A stretch of DNA of 64,000 nucleotides from Octopus sinensis (lineage: Eukaryota): NCBI RefSeq assembly GCF_006345805.1, contig NC_043004.1, positions 23,002,001 through 23,066,000 of the forward strand, given 5' to 3'. The notes under the pieces were generated by a model. The model was given only the letters and a program-made list of their open reading frames with translations, made no database searches and was not told the DNA's origin. Of the stretch, positions 25,416-37,742 are shown one piece after another. Made by a program: the position numbers and the translations under genes. Each line of letters starts with the position of its first letter. The stretch's first letter is position 1.

Positions 25416-25506
25416 ATAGGAAAAGGAAAGATCCAGAGAAGGAAAGACGGAGGGAAAAAATCGCCAAGGGAAACACACGACCGACCAGACTATCGGATAT
25501 ATATAC

Positions 25507-25560
<54 letters not shown>

Positions 25561-26313
25561 TTAGTTAGTTAGTTCAAATTATGTCCTCCTCAGTCGTTTA
25601 TAAAAAGGTAGAGTAAATATTAGGAAGTTTTCTCTGTAAGACAGATACTCCAGTGTTTTCATCATACTTAAACGCTGTCCTCGATTAATATGATTTGATG
25701 ATTTAGATGTAGTTGTAGAATTTTATACTTTCATTTTTAAATATCCAATAGAACTTGTGTAAATTAGGAAACTTGTGTAAATTTATTGTGGCGAGAAAGT
25801 TGTAGCAAACCCAATTTTCCATCCATATTTATGATGTAGTTATAGATTATTTAAATTTTCTTTCAGATAGGAATACTATGGCTGGGCGTATTTTCATTGA
25901 CTTCCATTATACTTATCCTCTTGTTGATATATGAAGTTCTCTGAATTATGACGGCTTTTTTTTTAGATTGTATGGAGGTTTGATAGTAGTTTAAGTTGTT
26001 TCTTAAAGGTCTTGTATCGGTTTCGAATTTAAAAACAAAAAACATTATACTGAAGTGTAAATCACGAAAGCGAAAAGGTACGTCGCGTAAGAATTGGCTA
26101 CTCTTCCACCTTAATATCTGCGTTTAATTACTCTTACTACTTCTTATTTAGAAGTATCATCTGCACATCTTATTGCGCTAATAAAAACTATAAACTAGTA
26201 TCTTGTGATAGTTTGATCTTGAAAATAATTGCTGTTTCTTTTGCTTCCATTAATGAATCCAGTCCTTTCCCAACTCCATACTTTCGAATATTACAGCGAC
26301 AATAATCATAGTT

Positions 26314-26358
<45 letters not shown>

Positions 26359-26529
26359 TATAATAAGAAAAACATTAACCCAAAGCTTTTTCATATTCTG
26401 AGAGGACTCAGATAATGGTTTGAGATCATACTGGTTTGATGAACCTTCTCTGCCGCACCGATTCGACATGTTTTAGTAGAGGGATGCAGTTTTTACACGC
26501 ATACCCAAGTGTAGTTATATCTGTCTTAT

Positions 26530-26655
26530 ATCTTTGGACTCGTGCACTGGGGTCGACATAACAAAGTTGACCTCGGTAGATTTTGAACTCAGAACGAAAA
26601 GACTGACGAAATACCGGCAAGCATTTCTGCCGGTGTGCTAACGATTCTGACGGTT
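26530..26655 (-). mobile_element. tRNA-derived SINE fragment (same family as 55943-56175)
   Basis: The reverse complement contains GTTAGCACACCGGCAGAAATGCTT...GTTCTGAGTTCAAAATCTACCGAGGTCAACTTTG. Confidence 0.75.
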
Positions 26656-28476
26656 TGAATGGACAAATTCTAAGAAAGTACAAGAATTATCACCAAGTGA
26701 TTCATCTCTTTTGTCTGCAAATATGATACTGATAAAATGATGTCCACATTTAGTCTTGATTGGAACTTAATTGATTTTACTCTGTGTGTTTTGATTAATG
26801 CGAACTAAATTGTATCAAACACACTTCAGTTTGTTTCTTCGGAGCCTTCTAATTACTCATTCATTATCCCCACACTGTGACTTTGATAACAGTTTAGTTG
26901 TCTTCATAGTTGAGAATTTGTAGTCGGGAGAAGAAACCGTGACTGGAGGTATGAAAAACGTCTTAGAGAAAGAAATGATTGACTCTAACAGCGTGTAAGT
27001 AATTATATGCTACTTAACCTGAAATCAGATTCAAGACGATAAACAAGCATCTTAAGAAATGGGGTCACAAAATTAATGAACGGATTATAACAATGGTTTT
27101 TCACTTCTCTTCGAGCATTGTATTATTAGAAGCACCGAAATACAGATACTGCAAATCAAGGAAAGTTACCAAAACTGAACTCTCCCTGAACATGAATACA
27201 TATAGGAATTCAACATTCATTTCCTTTTAATGATACAACTTTTGATATCTTCTAATACGCCAAACTTCCTGCACAAATTCCAAGGTGTTATCTATTATTA
27301 AGTATGATATTTTATTATGAAAAGTAATATGTTAACTCTATACTACACCATTATTTGCTATATCTTTTATTCACCAACATTTACCATTCAAATATACATT
27401 CTTAATACGGTTTCTGCTGAAATTACACTTCTGTACCGAGAACAATTAGTGCATGCTACAGATAGTTAAAACTACCTCGTCTTCACCGTTCTGATACATC
27501 TCTATAGTAATCAGTAAAATGCACATTGTTCACACTTACTTTCTTTGAATTTCACCTTGAATTTCGGTTTGAGTCTGTAACGATCACTGATTATATGTCA
27601 CATTGGAGAAAACTGTTTGTCCTTCAAAACTCGTATATAGAGACAAGTCTAAATTATAAGATCTAACTTCGATATTCTTCACTGATATCAACTTTGGACA
27701 GTTCGATATAAAAACCTGAAATAATTCAATAGTCTATACTAAATACCACGATTTTACTTGGGAATCATTTCTACTAAATGCGTATGTATGTTGTTATTAT
27801 TATTATCGGCATCAGTATATATTATTACACTTATATTATTGATATTATTAATGGTTGTAGAGTACTCACATCAATAGAAATTCACAGTAATGTCTAATTG
27901 CCTTCATTTAAATTCATTGAAAGGGAACGTGCCGTTTTATCACTGATATCTATGAAATATTATTACTATAAGATTTTTTTCTGGTACTTTCAAGTGAGTT
28001 TCTGTTGCACTACCTGATGCACCTCAATGAACCTGATGTTTCTACTGCATTGTGTTCGTATTTTTGTGAAGATTGACGGAGAGTAACCTACTTTCAAGGT
28101 CTTACGCTGTTTGTCTTGATATGAAATCACCACGTCACGACATATGGCTGTGATGCATGTGCCTGGTGTACCCTCATCAGAACGGTTGTCATGAAGAGTA
28201 TATTATAATTTGTATATTTGTACCCCTATATCAATTTGATGGCACGCGCTTCTCTCTCAATAATAATAATAATAATAATAATAATATAAGATATGGATTC
28301 AGAGAATGGTGTGGCTATCTCGGAAAGCTTCTCTTAGGAGAAATTATTACTGCATGAAAGAGCGGCGAAACGACCGTAATTCTATGAATTTCGAGTCGGT
28401 AAATAAATATATTCACCTAACATACTTCCTGACTTTTATCGTTTATTCATATATGTATGTAACTTTCTAATTGCAG

Positions 28477-28568
28477 GTATCACTGGCACAGTGAGTATTG
28501 ATGAAAATGGTGATAGGAGTGCCGACTACTCCTTGCTGGATATGGACCCTCTAACTGGAAGGTTTGAG
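28477..28568 (+). CDS. NPR1: Receptor guanylyl cyclase, atrial natriuretic peptide receptor type (NPR1/NPR2-like); extracellular-domain exon, 92 bp, phase 1-0
   Basis: ttgcag|...|gtaagt. Encodes (G)[30 protein letters not shown], the G-x-G-x-V-x-I-D-x-x-G-D-R motif of ANF-receptor ligand-binding domains. Joins the next exon in frame. Confidence 0.93.
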
Positions 28569-28787
28569 GTAAGTCATTGTAAATGACTCATTGAATCACT
28601 ATGCGCCATTTATAAAGACCCACTGCCGGAAGTCTTCTCCTTCATGACATCTATAAACACAGCCACCTCATTTCCTTTTAGGGCGGCCTACCCACTAAAT
28701 ATTACTTTCATCGCTCATTTGATTAATTAATTAATTTTATTCATTAAATCTCTCCATTTTCTTTCTTAACTATATATATATATATAT

Positions 28788-29570
28788 GATGGATTCTCTC
28801 GTCGTGAACGACAAATGGGTGTACAATGAAATAAAAGGAGTAATCACGTTCTCTGAACAGGAATGTGTCTATTAAGGTCTGTTGGTGCCTTGCAAAACCG
28901 TTTGTGGATTATTCATTATGTGTTTTCTTGAGTGGACGGAAAGGCCTGCTTTGCTGAGTATCACAAAGAAATGACTGTTAAGGTTTCCATTTAAAGGAGC
29001 ATTGTTTTGCCAGCCTGCCTTCTTGCTTGCACAAAGTTGGTCCCGATGTTGGAGCCGATTTGCTCAAATCTTTGAACTTAGAAACAGGACTATTGCCAGG
29101 TCCTGTGTTCTGATACTTTGCTTTTTCCAGGAAGAAATGGGATTGTGGCATCGCATCAGATTGTCTTTTAGCTTGTCTTTGAAGCTCAAGAGTGGCCTTC
29201 CAACTAACCTTCCTATTGGAAATTAGCTAAAGAGAAGCTGCATCGGAATTCTGATATCAGACATACATAGCAGATGAACTGACCATCTAAGTTGTATTTT
29301 GGCGAGGATGGAATCAATAGCTGAAATGTTACATTTTGTTAGCACCTCACTGTTACGAATATGGTTACTCTGTTTTATGTTGGAGATAGTACACAAGCAT
29401 CGCATATGAAAAGCGTCAAGCTGGTTGATGTGCTCCCTGTACAGGGTCCAAGATTGAGCACCGTAAAGGAATGATGTCAAAACCTCTGACTCATGCACAT
29501 CGACTTTTACCTTCAACGATACCTCGTGGCTGTTCCAAAGCCAAGGTCGTTTCGAGGCCAGTAATTCTAC
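28788..29570 (-). mobile_element. RTE-clade LINE 3' fragment
   Basis: VLTSFLYGAQSWTLYREHINQLDAFHMRCL...IQLRWSVHL...GRPLLSFKDKLK. The 3' end abuts (TA)n. Confidence 0.88.
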
Positions 29571-31454
29571 CTTTTAGTAGCATTTTTCTGCAAGTGTTTA
29601 TTTTGATACACCGTTAGTTTTTAGTTCTGAGGTAAAATTTATTTTCTGAGTTAGTGAAACACTCTCAAATATGTGTCTGATCATTCCAGTATTATTAATA
29701 TATTCTTAAAGCAGCGAGCTGACACAATCTTAACCTTTCGGAGCCGATAAAGTAATTACCAGTTGAATACTGAGGTCGAGGTCATTGACTTGCCCCTCCC
29801 ATGAAATTACTGGCCTTGTGCCAACATTTGAAGCCAGTATCGCTAATACCTTCGTAGATTTGTATAAAATGAAATAACATTTCTGATATGTACCAAGTTC
29901 TGTAGTGCTTGATCCAAGTATACATTACACCACCGTTAGACGCACAGTGTCCATGATCCCATCAAATGACCGTTACAGATGATGGATGAACTTCAAGCAA
30001 AATGTTTGAACCCATGAATGGCAAATTACTTGTGCACCCATAATGGATTTTTGTTAACATATACACATTAGAATTGCTAAATTAGTAAAATAGCAATATA
30101 ACTTTACATGTATACTTTAAAATACTTCATTCCAACTCGTATAAAACCTGTTCCCAACAGAATACTTCTGCTGGGAAACAATACTTTTCCGTGATAAAAA
30201 AGTGTAAGTTCGCAACGGAAGGACAAACACATTTCAAAGCATATATTCTTTAGTCAAATACCGAAATTGTATTTATATACTTTATTACATTTTACGTCTC
30301 CATAAAACGAACTTAATGCAGTTATGTAGGTGTAATATTCCAAAATATGTGATGATACAGCAATATCAAACATCTTCATAAAAATCAAAGGTGAATATTT
30401 CGCTTTCATGAGAAGAAACTGTTTTAAGTTCCACAACACAACATACATACTTTTACTAATCTGGTTACCTCGACTGAAGTGTAATGCAAATTACTTGGTA
30501 TCTTTTAAGATGCACTTGCAGGCTATTATTTTCACGAATGGTTTCTTTCAGCTATAAAAAACCTAGAAGTTACAAAATTGAAATCTCAAAGAAATGATTT
30601 CTTCTAAAAAAATGTTTTTTATGCCTGGAGAAAATTCTAAAGTCTTGATATTACAACTGCTACATCACTGGCTTTTACGTTCCAACGAACAAATTTGTCA
30701 TAGAAAGTACAGACCATCTACAAATTTTAACGCAGCCATTCATTTAATTATTTCATAATGAGACTTATTGAACCTATCCTCATAGGTGTAAATACTGAGA
30801 CTACTGCAGGTTTTTGTTGGTTTAAATGCCTTTAGATCTAAATATATCCAAGTATTCAGTGCTATTTAATAACCATGATATGAATAAAATATACAATATT
30901 AGAGAAATTATTTTAAACGCATTTAAATAATGAATGTATTTATTAGAAATATTATTTAGATTAGATGATGATGTGTAATGTATATTTTAGGATAGTTGAT
31001 CTTTGAGGAAGCGACACATGTTCTATACGCTTTCATCTCTAACCATTTACTATACATATTCTCTCTCACTTTTGCTAGCTTTTTATATCTATTTTTTTCT
31101 AGTTCAGAAGTAAGAATAGTTTCAGTTTAATGTTGAATGCCTATGGTCTCCTTCACCAATCTGCGTTTTCGCACTCACTGACAGTAGTATTAGAATTCTA
31201 AAATATTCATTATATGGCACTATAAATGGATACTTAAGAAAAAAAAACAATATCTACTAGGTATAATATTCTTCACATACACAGTCACGCGTAAATACTG
31301 AGAGAGAGAAAAACACATCACTCACATACACATACGTAAATATATATAATAGATTATACAAACATGAAACACTCACATACATTATTTGGGGTTCCCAGCT
31401 ATCCATGTGTGTGAATTCAATTTCCGATAGGTAATCAACCTACATTCCACAGTT

Positions 31455-31544
31455 CATGCATGCATGTATGTATGTATGTATGTATGTAGGTAGGTAGGTA
31501 GGTAGGTAGGTAGGTAGGTAGGTAGGTAGGTAGGTAGGTAGGTA
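31455..31544 (+). repeat. Compound (ATGC)/(ATGT)/(AGGT)n microsatellite
   Basis: Stepwise change of tetramer unit along the array. Confidence 0.9.
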
Positions 31545-34500
31545 GAACTGATTGTCGAGGAGTTAATCGTGCACAATTGCCTTGTTTTCTGCGATTAGTT
31601 TCGTGGTACCCACTTATCCTACCTACTTTATATGACGGAAACATAGTTGCTTGGCAAGATGGCAAGACCAACACTCCACCACCCATGTATCGACGGTACA
31701 TGAACGAAAAACGCACAAACGGAAAGCGTCTAGATAAGCATGTTCCCCGTAGTCTCACTGACGATCCTGTCACAGCCATACGTAATGCACAGACCACCAA
31801 TGGATGTAAGAAAACCTAGTCTTGATTCGTGCTTCAAAGAAGGATGAAATTCAATGAGTAGCTACACATTAAACGTAATAATGACAAATTACTGTGAATT
31901 ACATGTACCAGTCTGTAGATATTCCAAGCTGTGAGATTTTCAGAAAACTAGCACACAGGGGTGGGCCACAAATACATAGAAACACGGAAAGTTTCGGGCG
32001 AGAATGCCTTTCCGCCCATGTAAATTTGCATACACATGCCATTTCACAAACATTTTCACAACACTTTTTATATACTTTGTTGGACATCGATTCTCTTGAG
32101 TTCATTTGCTCATTACATTTAACCCCACATGGTGTCCCTTATGACATTCGATCCGTTCACAGAGTAGGCTATGTAACATGGTTACAAGGAACGGGCTTCC
32201 GTTAAGATATCTTGCCTGATTCAGACATCTCAAAAGTAAATAGACTAGCCTCATTATACTGTTTTGTGTGTTCGATATCCCAAACAGTTTAAAAACTTAG
32301 AAACAGCAAAAAGAATGTCTACTAAAAACTAAATTATTTAAATGCCTTGAATAACATTTTGTTTGTTGAATTAAATCTTTTGGAAATAATGGTGTCTGTA
32401 TATGTGTGTTTGAGTGTCTGTGTCTGTCTGTGTATATCTTACACCTGTGTGTTTTGTCTGTGTTAGACATAGATATGGGCCCATGCATTGTCAAGAGGTT
32501 AACACTTTTACTTTACAATGATGATATCCCAGGTTCATGTGCAGCATCTGGCATTTCGAAGAAATTTCTGTTTTAACATATCCTCGAGTTAATCGAACCT
32601 ATTAATTGAAATTCGACTGGAATTATGTAGAAGTCTTTTCTGATTGACCCTACTTGTAGTTCAAATAAATATCCTACTAGCATCATATTCCCTCGTGCTG
32701 ACTTGCTTCAGAATTATTCTAAGGGCACATAAGTCTGTGGAGAACTCAGCCACCTGTATGTTAATTCAAAAACAGCCAGTTCAGTTGATCGAACAACTAG
32801 AACATTCATAGAATCTTCTTGACAGGAATGTTAAATTCTCTCTCCCACTCTATCTATCTATCTGTTTGTCTGTCTATCTATCTCTCACATGCACACTTAT
32901 CCACACTTATGCGCACTCACATATAAGAAACAAACACACATTTATATGTGTGTGGTGTGCGTGTGTTGGGTATGTGTTTGCATTTGTCTGTGTATGATGC
33001 ATAAGACAAGTGGATAACGAAGAACGTTTTCAAAAATTTTACCTAAGTTTACTTTTATTCTCGTCACTTGTATTTTTACATATGCTTTGTAAAATTAATA
33101 TTATCACTATTACCTTAAAATTAATTAAAGTACCTAAATTTTATAGTTCTTACAGTTTCTATTAGATTGTTATATATTGAAAGATGCTTTCACCAGAAAG
33201 TATTGATTTTTCTTTTAAATTCATTAATTAGATCAAAATAATTAAATTAGATCTTTTCAAGACTGATGTGGGATAGAACAAAACAGTATTCTATGTATCA
33301 TTTTAATTTTTAATCTGAGTGGGAAATCTGTCGCAGCTGACATACAGAAAAGGATACGACAAGTGAGTAATGCCTATTCACAGAATTAGCAGGTCTATAC
33401 AAACGATAGATCACATATTTCTCATCACACACGTAGATAATTTGTTGATGTTTAATGTGTAATATTTGGGTGGAACAGTAGGATTCTCTCAAATCAGAAA
33501 ACGTTGATTAAATCTCAGTGTTTGTTGACTTAATGGAATAAAATAGCTCTCTATTACTTTAAATAGTTGAAGCAATATTTCAACTATACATGCTAAAAAC
33601 TTCAAGGCAATAAGATATGCGTAACTGTAGTAGGAATTATTAAGCAATCACACTTGTTTAATATGAGCTAGTAAAAAGTATAACTAGTAATAAAAATTGC
33701 TGCTGGACAGAAAACCAAAGGAACATGAACAAAACATTGAATGTAAACTCAGAAAAATATAGCCTTTAAATTTAGGTTTCTCCTGAAATTCCATACAAAC
33801 TACTAAAACGTCAAGTTAAATATTTTATTCCCCTAGTTTAGTTTTGTATGTTATTTGCGACTCGTATTTTTCAAAGCGCGCTAATTTGTAATTAAATATC
33901 ACTATTTAAATTACAGTAATTGTCCTTGTTTAAATAATATCTTCTCTAAAAGACAAGATATATAATTTGTCATAAAATGCATTGCTTTGGAAAATATCTA
34001 CTAATTAAACTCTTTGAATGCATTTATAACTGGTTAAAGAAATTATTTGAAAGGTTATAAAATCATAAAACTATTTACGTGAAATGTTTAGAGTAAACAA
34101 TGTTTTTCAAATTAATTATCAAAGCTTTTGTGTGTTTTCAGAATCTAACGGGTAATGATTTCTAATTAATAAATACCATTTAAAGTTCAATGTGACAATA
34201 ACATATTGTCATGAAGTTTTCTATTATGTTCCGATTTCACATATCCTCGCAAATTATTGTTTATTAGTAAGATGCTTATTACAAACTGGGACTGCAAGCT
34301 TCAAAAATAATATTGTTGAGCCAAAGTTCAAGTGACATTTTAACCCTGAATTACAAATGAATATTTCTATGCCTATAACAGAAATTATAGAATAAGCTCT
34401 TCAACGACTATGGTTTCAAAAGGAAATCTATAATTGTTCTCTTACATGAGAATAACCATAAAATAATTTCTTGAAGTAATATGGTTTCATAAAAATCAAT

Positions 34501-35726
34501 ATAAAATCTGAAACCATTATATTTGTAGAGTAGGAAAATTATTTTACATATCTATACAGAGATATGATAGGACAGACTTGCTAGATATTCATAAGAAAGT
34601 AGATTAAGAGGTCAATACATAGATCTTTTAGTTATATCTCCAACTATTTCAGGTAACATATTCTCATACTGGCAAAAAAAGGACAGAATTTGAGAGAGAG
34701 AATAACTGTTTAAATTTACTTCTGTCCGTCGGTGCTATTATATTTCAAAGTTACCCGTTAATATGACTGACTAGGATACCACATTGCTCTTATAGTCTAC
34801 CAACTGCTTTACTCACTGCCGGCATGCGTTAGCAGTCTACCTCTAGGAAAACGATCTATGTTTATACCACTCCATTACGTTGATGCTCTACCTATTTTAC
34901 CAATCCAATGACATCCAGTTCTAGTAACTGTGTCCTTCACTCTGCCCTGATTTTTCTCCCAGCAGTGTCATTCCACTATCATTCATATAACACAAATATT
35001 TATCAATTTATATGTACCATTATATTCACTTCGATTGTAAAACTTTCTAGTAAAATCATCTATATTTTAGTGAATCATAAACAAGTACTTTCGCATACCT
35101 TCTCAGCTATATACAAATCAACTTTTTTTATTACCTAAGCTTTCTACATTATCGTCGACTGCAGCACAAGCATTCCTTTTCTTTCCTTATCTGGCTGTTC
35201 TATAGTATTATCGATTGTACCTCGGCAAACTACTATTGCACATCTTCTTACCTGCGTCTATCTTCTCACCTAATGAATAAATGCAGAATATATATGCACA
35301 TAACTCATTTCAATTTAACATCAAAGGCTAAAATCTAAATAACATTTTCGTTGTTCTACAGTAAGAATTTCTCTGTTGCTTTCGGTGCTACAGAGTTCCA
35401 CAGAAACATTGCATTTTTAATCAAATACAAACCTCGTTTCAAAATGTCAGTATCTAAACATGAACCCTTCACACAATCCAGAGTTAGCATTTTTTTTTCA
35501 TTAATATAATCATCTACAATGTAACAAAAACATAATTTATCATACATGAGGATATTTGATTCTGATCAAAATTTTGTTTTACAGTTCATGCATAGACCTA
35601 TCTTATATTAAATGTTTTCTTCAATTGTTCATTCCAGTTATATAGATATATTTCGTTAAGTCTTCATTACATTTTACAATACATATAATGTACACTACTG
35701 TTCTGGTTTATCACTCTTCGTTACAG

Positions 35727-35865
35727 GTTGTCGCTAATTATTTCGGCAATAAGAAACAGTACGTACCTGTGCCAAACAGAACCATACACTGGGCAGGTGG
35801 AAGAAAATTCCCTCCTCCAGACACACCTGAATGCGGATATGATGGATCGAAATGCCCACCTGACG
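35727..35865 (+). CDS. NPR1: NPR-type receptor guanylyl cyclase; juxtamembrane extracellular exon, 139 bp, phase 0-1
   Basis: ttacag|...|gtacgt. VVANYFGNKKQYVPVPNRTIHWAGGRKFPPPDTPECGYDGSKCPPD contains W-x-x-G...PPPD-x-P-x-C-G, the juxtamembrane Cys pair and an NRT sequon. Confidence 0.94.
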
Positions 35866-36074
35866 GTACGTCTTGTGAGATATCACAACTTTTAATATAT
35901 ACGTATATATGTGAATCTATGAGGGCGTATGTGTGCCTGTGCGTGTGTGCGTCTGCGTCTGCATGTGTGTGTGTGGATGTGCATGTGCAAAATGATATAA
36001 TATGTGTGTATGTATGTGTGTATATGCACGCGTATGTTTGTGTGTATATATGTGTATATATATTTTATTCTTTT

Positions 36075-36262
36075 ACTTATTTCAGTTGACTGTGGTCATG
36101 CAGGAACATCACCTGAAAAGGGCTTTTAGTCGATGAAATTTACGCCAGGGTTTATTTTTTGTAAACCTAGCACTTATTCTTTCGGTCTCTTTGCCCGAAC
36201 CACGAGCTTACGGGAACGTAAACATAACAACATCGGTTGTCAAGCGATGGTTGGGGAAAAAC
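36075..36262 (+). mobile_element. SINE-like repeat (family also at about 1370-1420 minus, 24310-24440 and 49585-49770)
   Basis: Shared body TAGTCGA...CCTAGCACTTATTCT.TCGGTCTCTTTGCC...CATCGGTTGTCAAGCGATGG. Confidence 0.7.
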
Positions 36263-36290
36263 ATATATATAAATATAGTATATATACATG

Positions 36291-36330
<40 letters not shown>

Positions 36331-37657
36331 AACATATATATATATATATATATATATAGATGGCGTTTACTCATATTTGGTACAGAATCACACATGGACA
36401 CATTACATATTTATGCTAGATGTATACAGAATGTGTTAACATTGTATATGCGCAAGCAATGTTGCTTCGTCATATCTAGAGATTTTGCGAAAGCAACTTA
36501 AAAATAACTTTACTCAGAAGTGCTGATGGAAACGCTCGACTGCAAATTCGATCCTAAGAAGCATTAAAGTTTCCACTCTACTGAAAGCTTTAAGTACTTT
36601 GCCTAATGTGGTTCTCTATGTGGAAATATAGTAATAACGTGTATGCGTGTATGTATTTTTATGTGGGTGTTTATGTTTATTCGCAAAAAATGTTTAACTG
36701 AAGCATTCATGACGCGGAGTTTTATAGTCACGTGAAACATATATGTAACCATTCACGAAATTGTCATTTGTCGGTGGACAACTAAATGAATGAAAAAGTC
36801 TTTAACATTTCGAGCCTACGCTCTTCCATAGAAAGGAACAGAAAGAAACAAGGAGAGAAAATAAAGAAAGTGTTGTGGCTAGCGATCTATCATGGCGAAC
36901 ATGTATGCATACATTCATGCACACACATTTTATATAAAGTCATGCACATTCATGTACACAGACGATAAGGTTTCTTAGCAGTCAATAACCACTCTAAGTA
37001 CTTAGGATGTAGATTTACCTGAAAACCCTAGAAATGCAGTTTTCCTTCAGAAATTTAAAATTTAGCTATCATTGAATCCGTTACTTGAACCATTGTTGTT
37101 TAATATCAATTCACATATAAAAGATACGAGGAGTTTTCGCCGGGGTGACTCAAACGAAGAGGTATGAACTCCGAGTTCTCAAATTGGTACGTCACAACCA
37201 TTCCGGTTTGAACTGCAGCTGAAGGTGTGATTTTGTAACTGCCTTTCTGGAACTGCCAGCATCCATTTTCCTTTGCCATGGATTTCTATCAAACCATTCT
37301 CTCAATTCATGGATTTATCAAATGAATGCCTGCTTTAATTGCTTTTAACTGGATTTACATTCCCTTTCTAGATATAATGAACCACAATACCTCTCCTTGA
37401 TGAGGGATTTCTTCTGCTGTTAAATACATTTACTCTATATCTCTCCGATGACGAAATACTTAGCCTATGGGATCCTCACTCGAAACGATGTTCGAATGGC
37501 TGGGATGTCGTAGAAACAGCTGTCAGGGATTAAGTCTTTTATTATATAGCTAAATGAAATGTCCTTGTCAAGTCTTGCCAAACTGTTTGCATTTTATGAT
37601 CTGCTTTAATCTATATCTATTCACATACTATCTTAATGGTTGCTTCTATCTTTATAG

Positions 37658-37742
37658 AGCCTTTTCCAGAATACGGTATCGTTGTAATTGTGTTGGGCGT
37701 TCTACTAATCATCGTTATGCTAACTGCATTCTTTATCTACAG
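37658..37742 (+). CDS. NPR1: NPR-type receptor guanylyl cyclase; transmembrane exon, 85 bp, phase 1-2
   Basis: tttatag|...|gtaagt. (E)PFPEYGIVVIVLGVLLIIVMLTAFFIY(R) is a hydrophobic helix ending in the NPR-type FFIYR. In frame with the previous exon. Confidence 0.93.

Noticed and set aside
31633-31772. Possible type II hammerhead (GAAAC ATA GTT ... CTGACGA)
   Set aside because: No stem I pairing and extra nucleotides in stem II. Probably chance.
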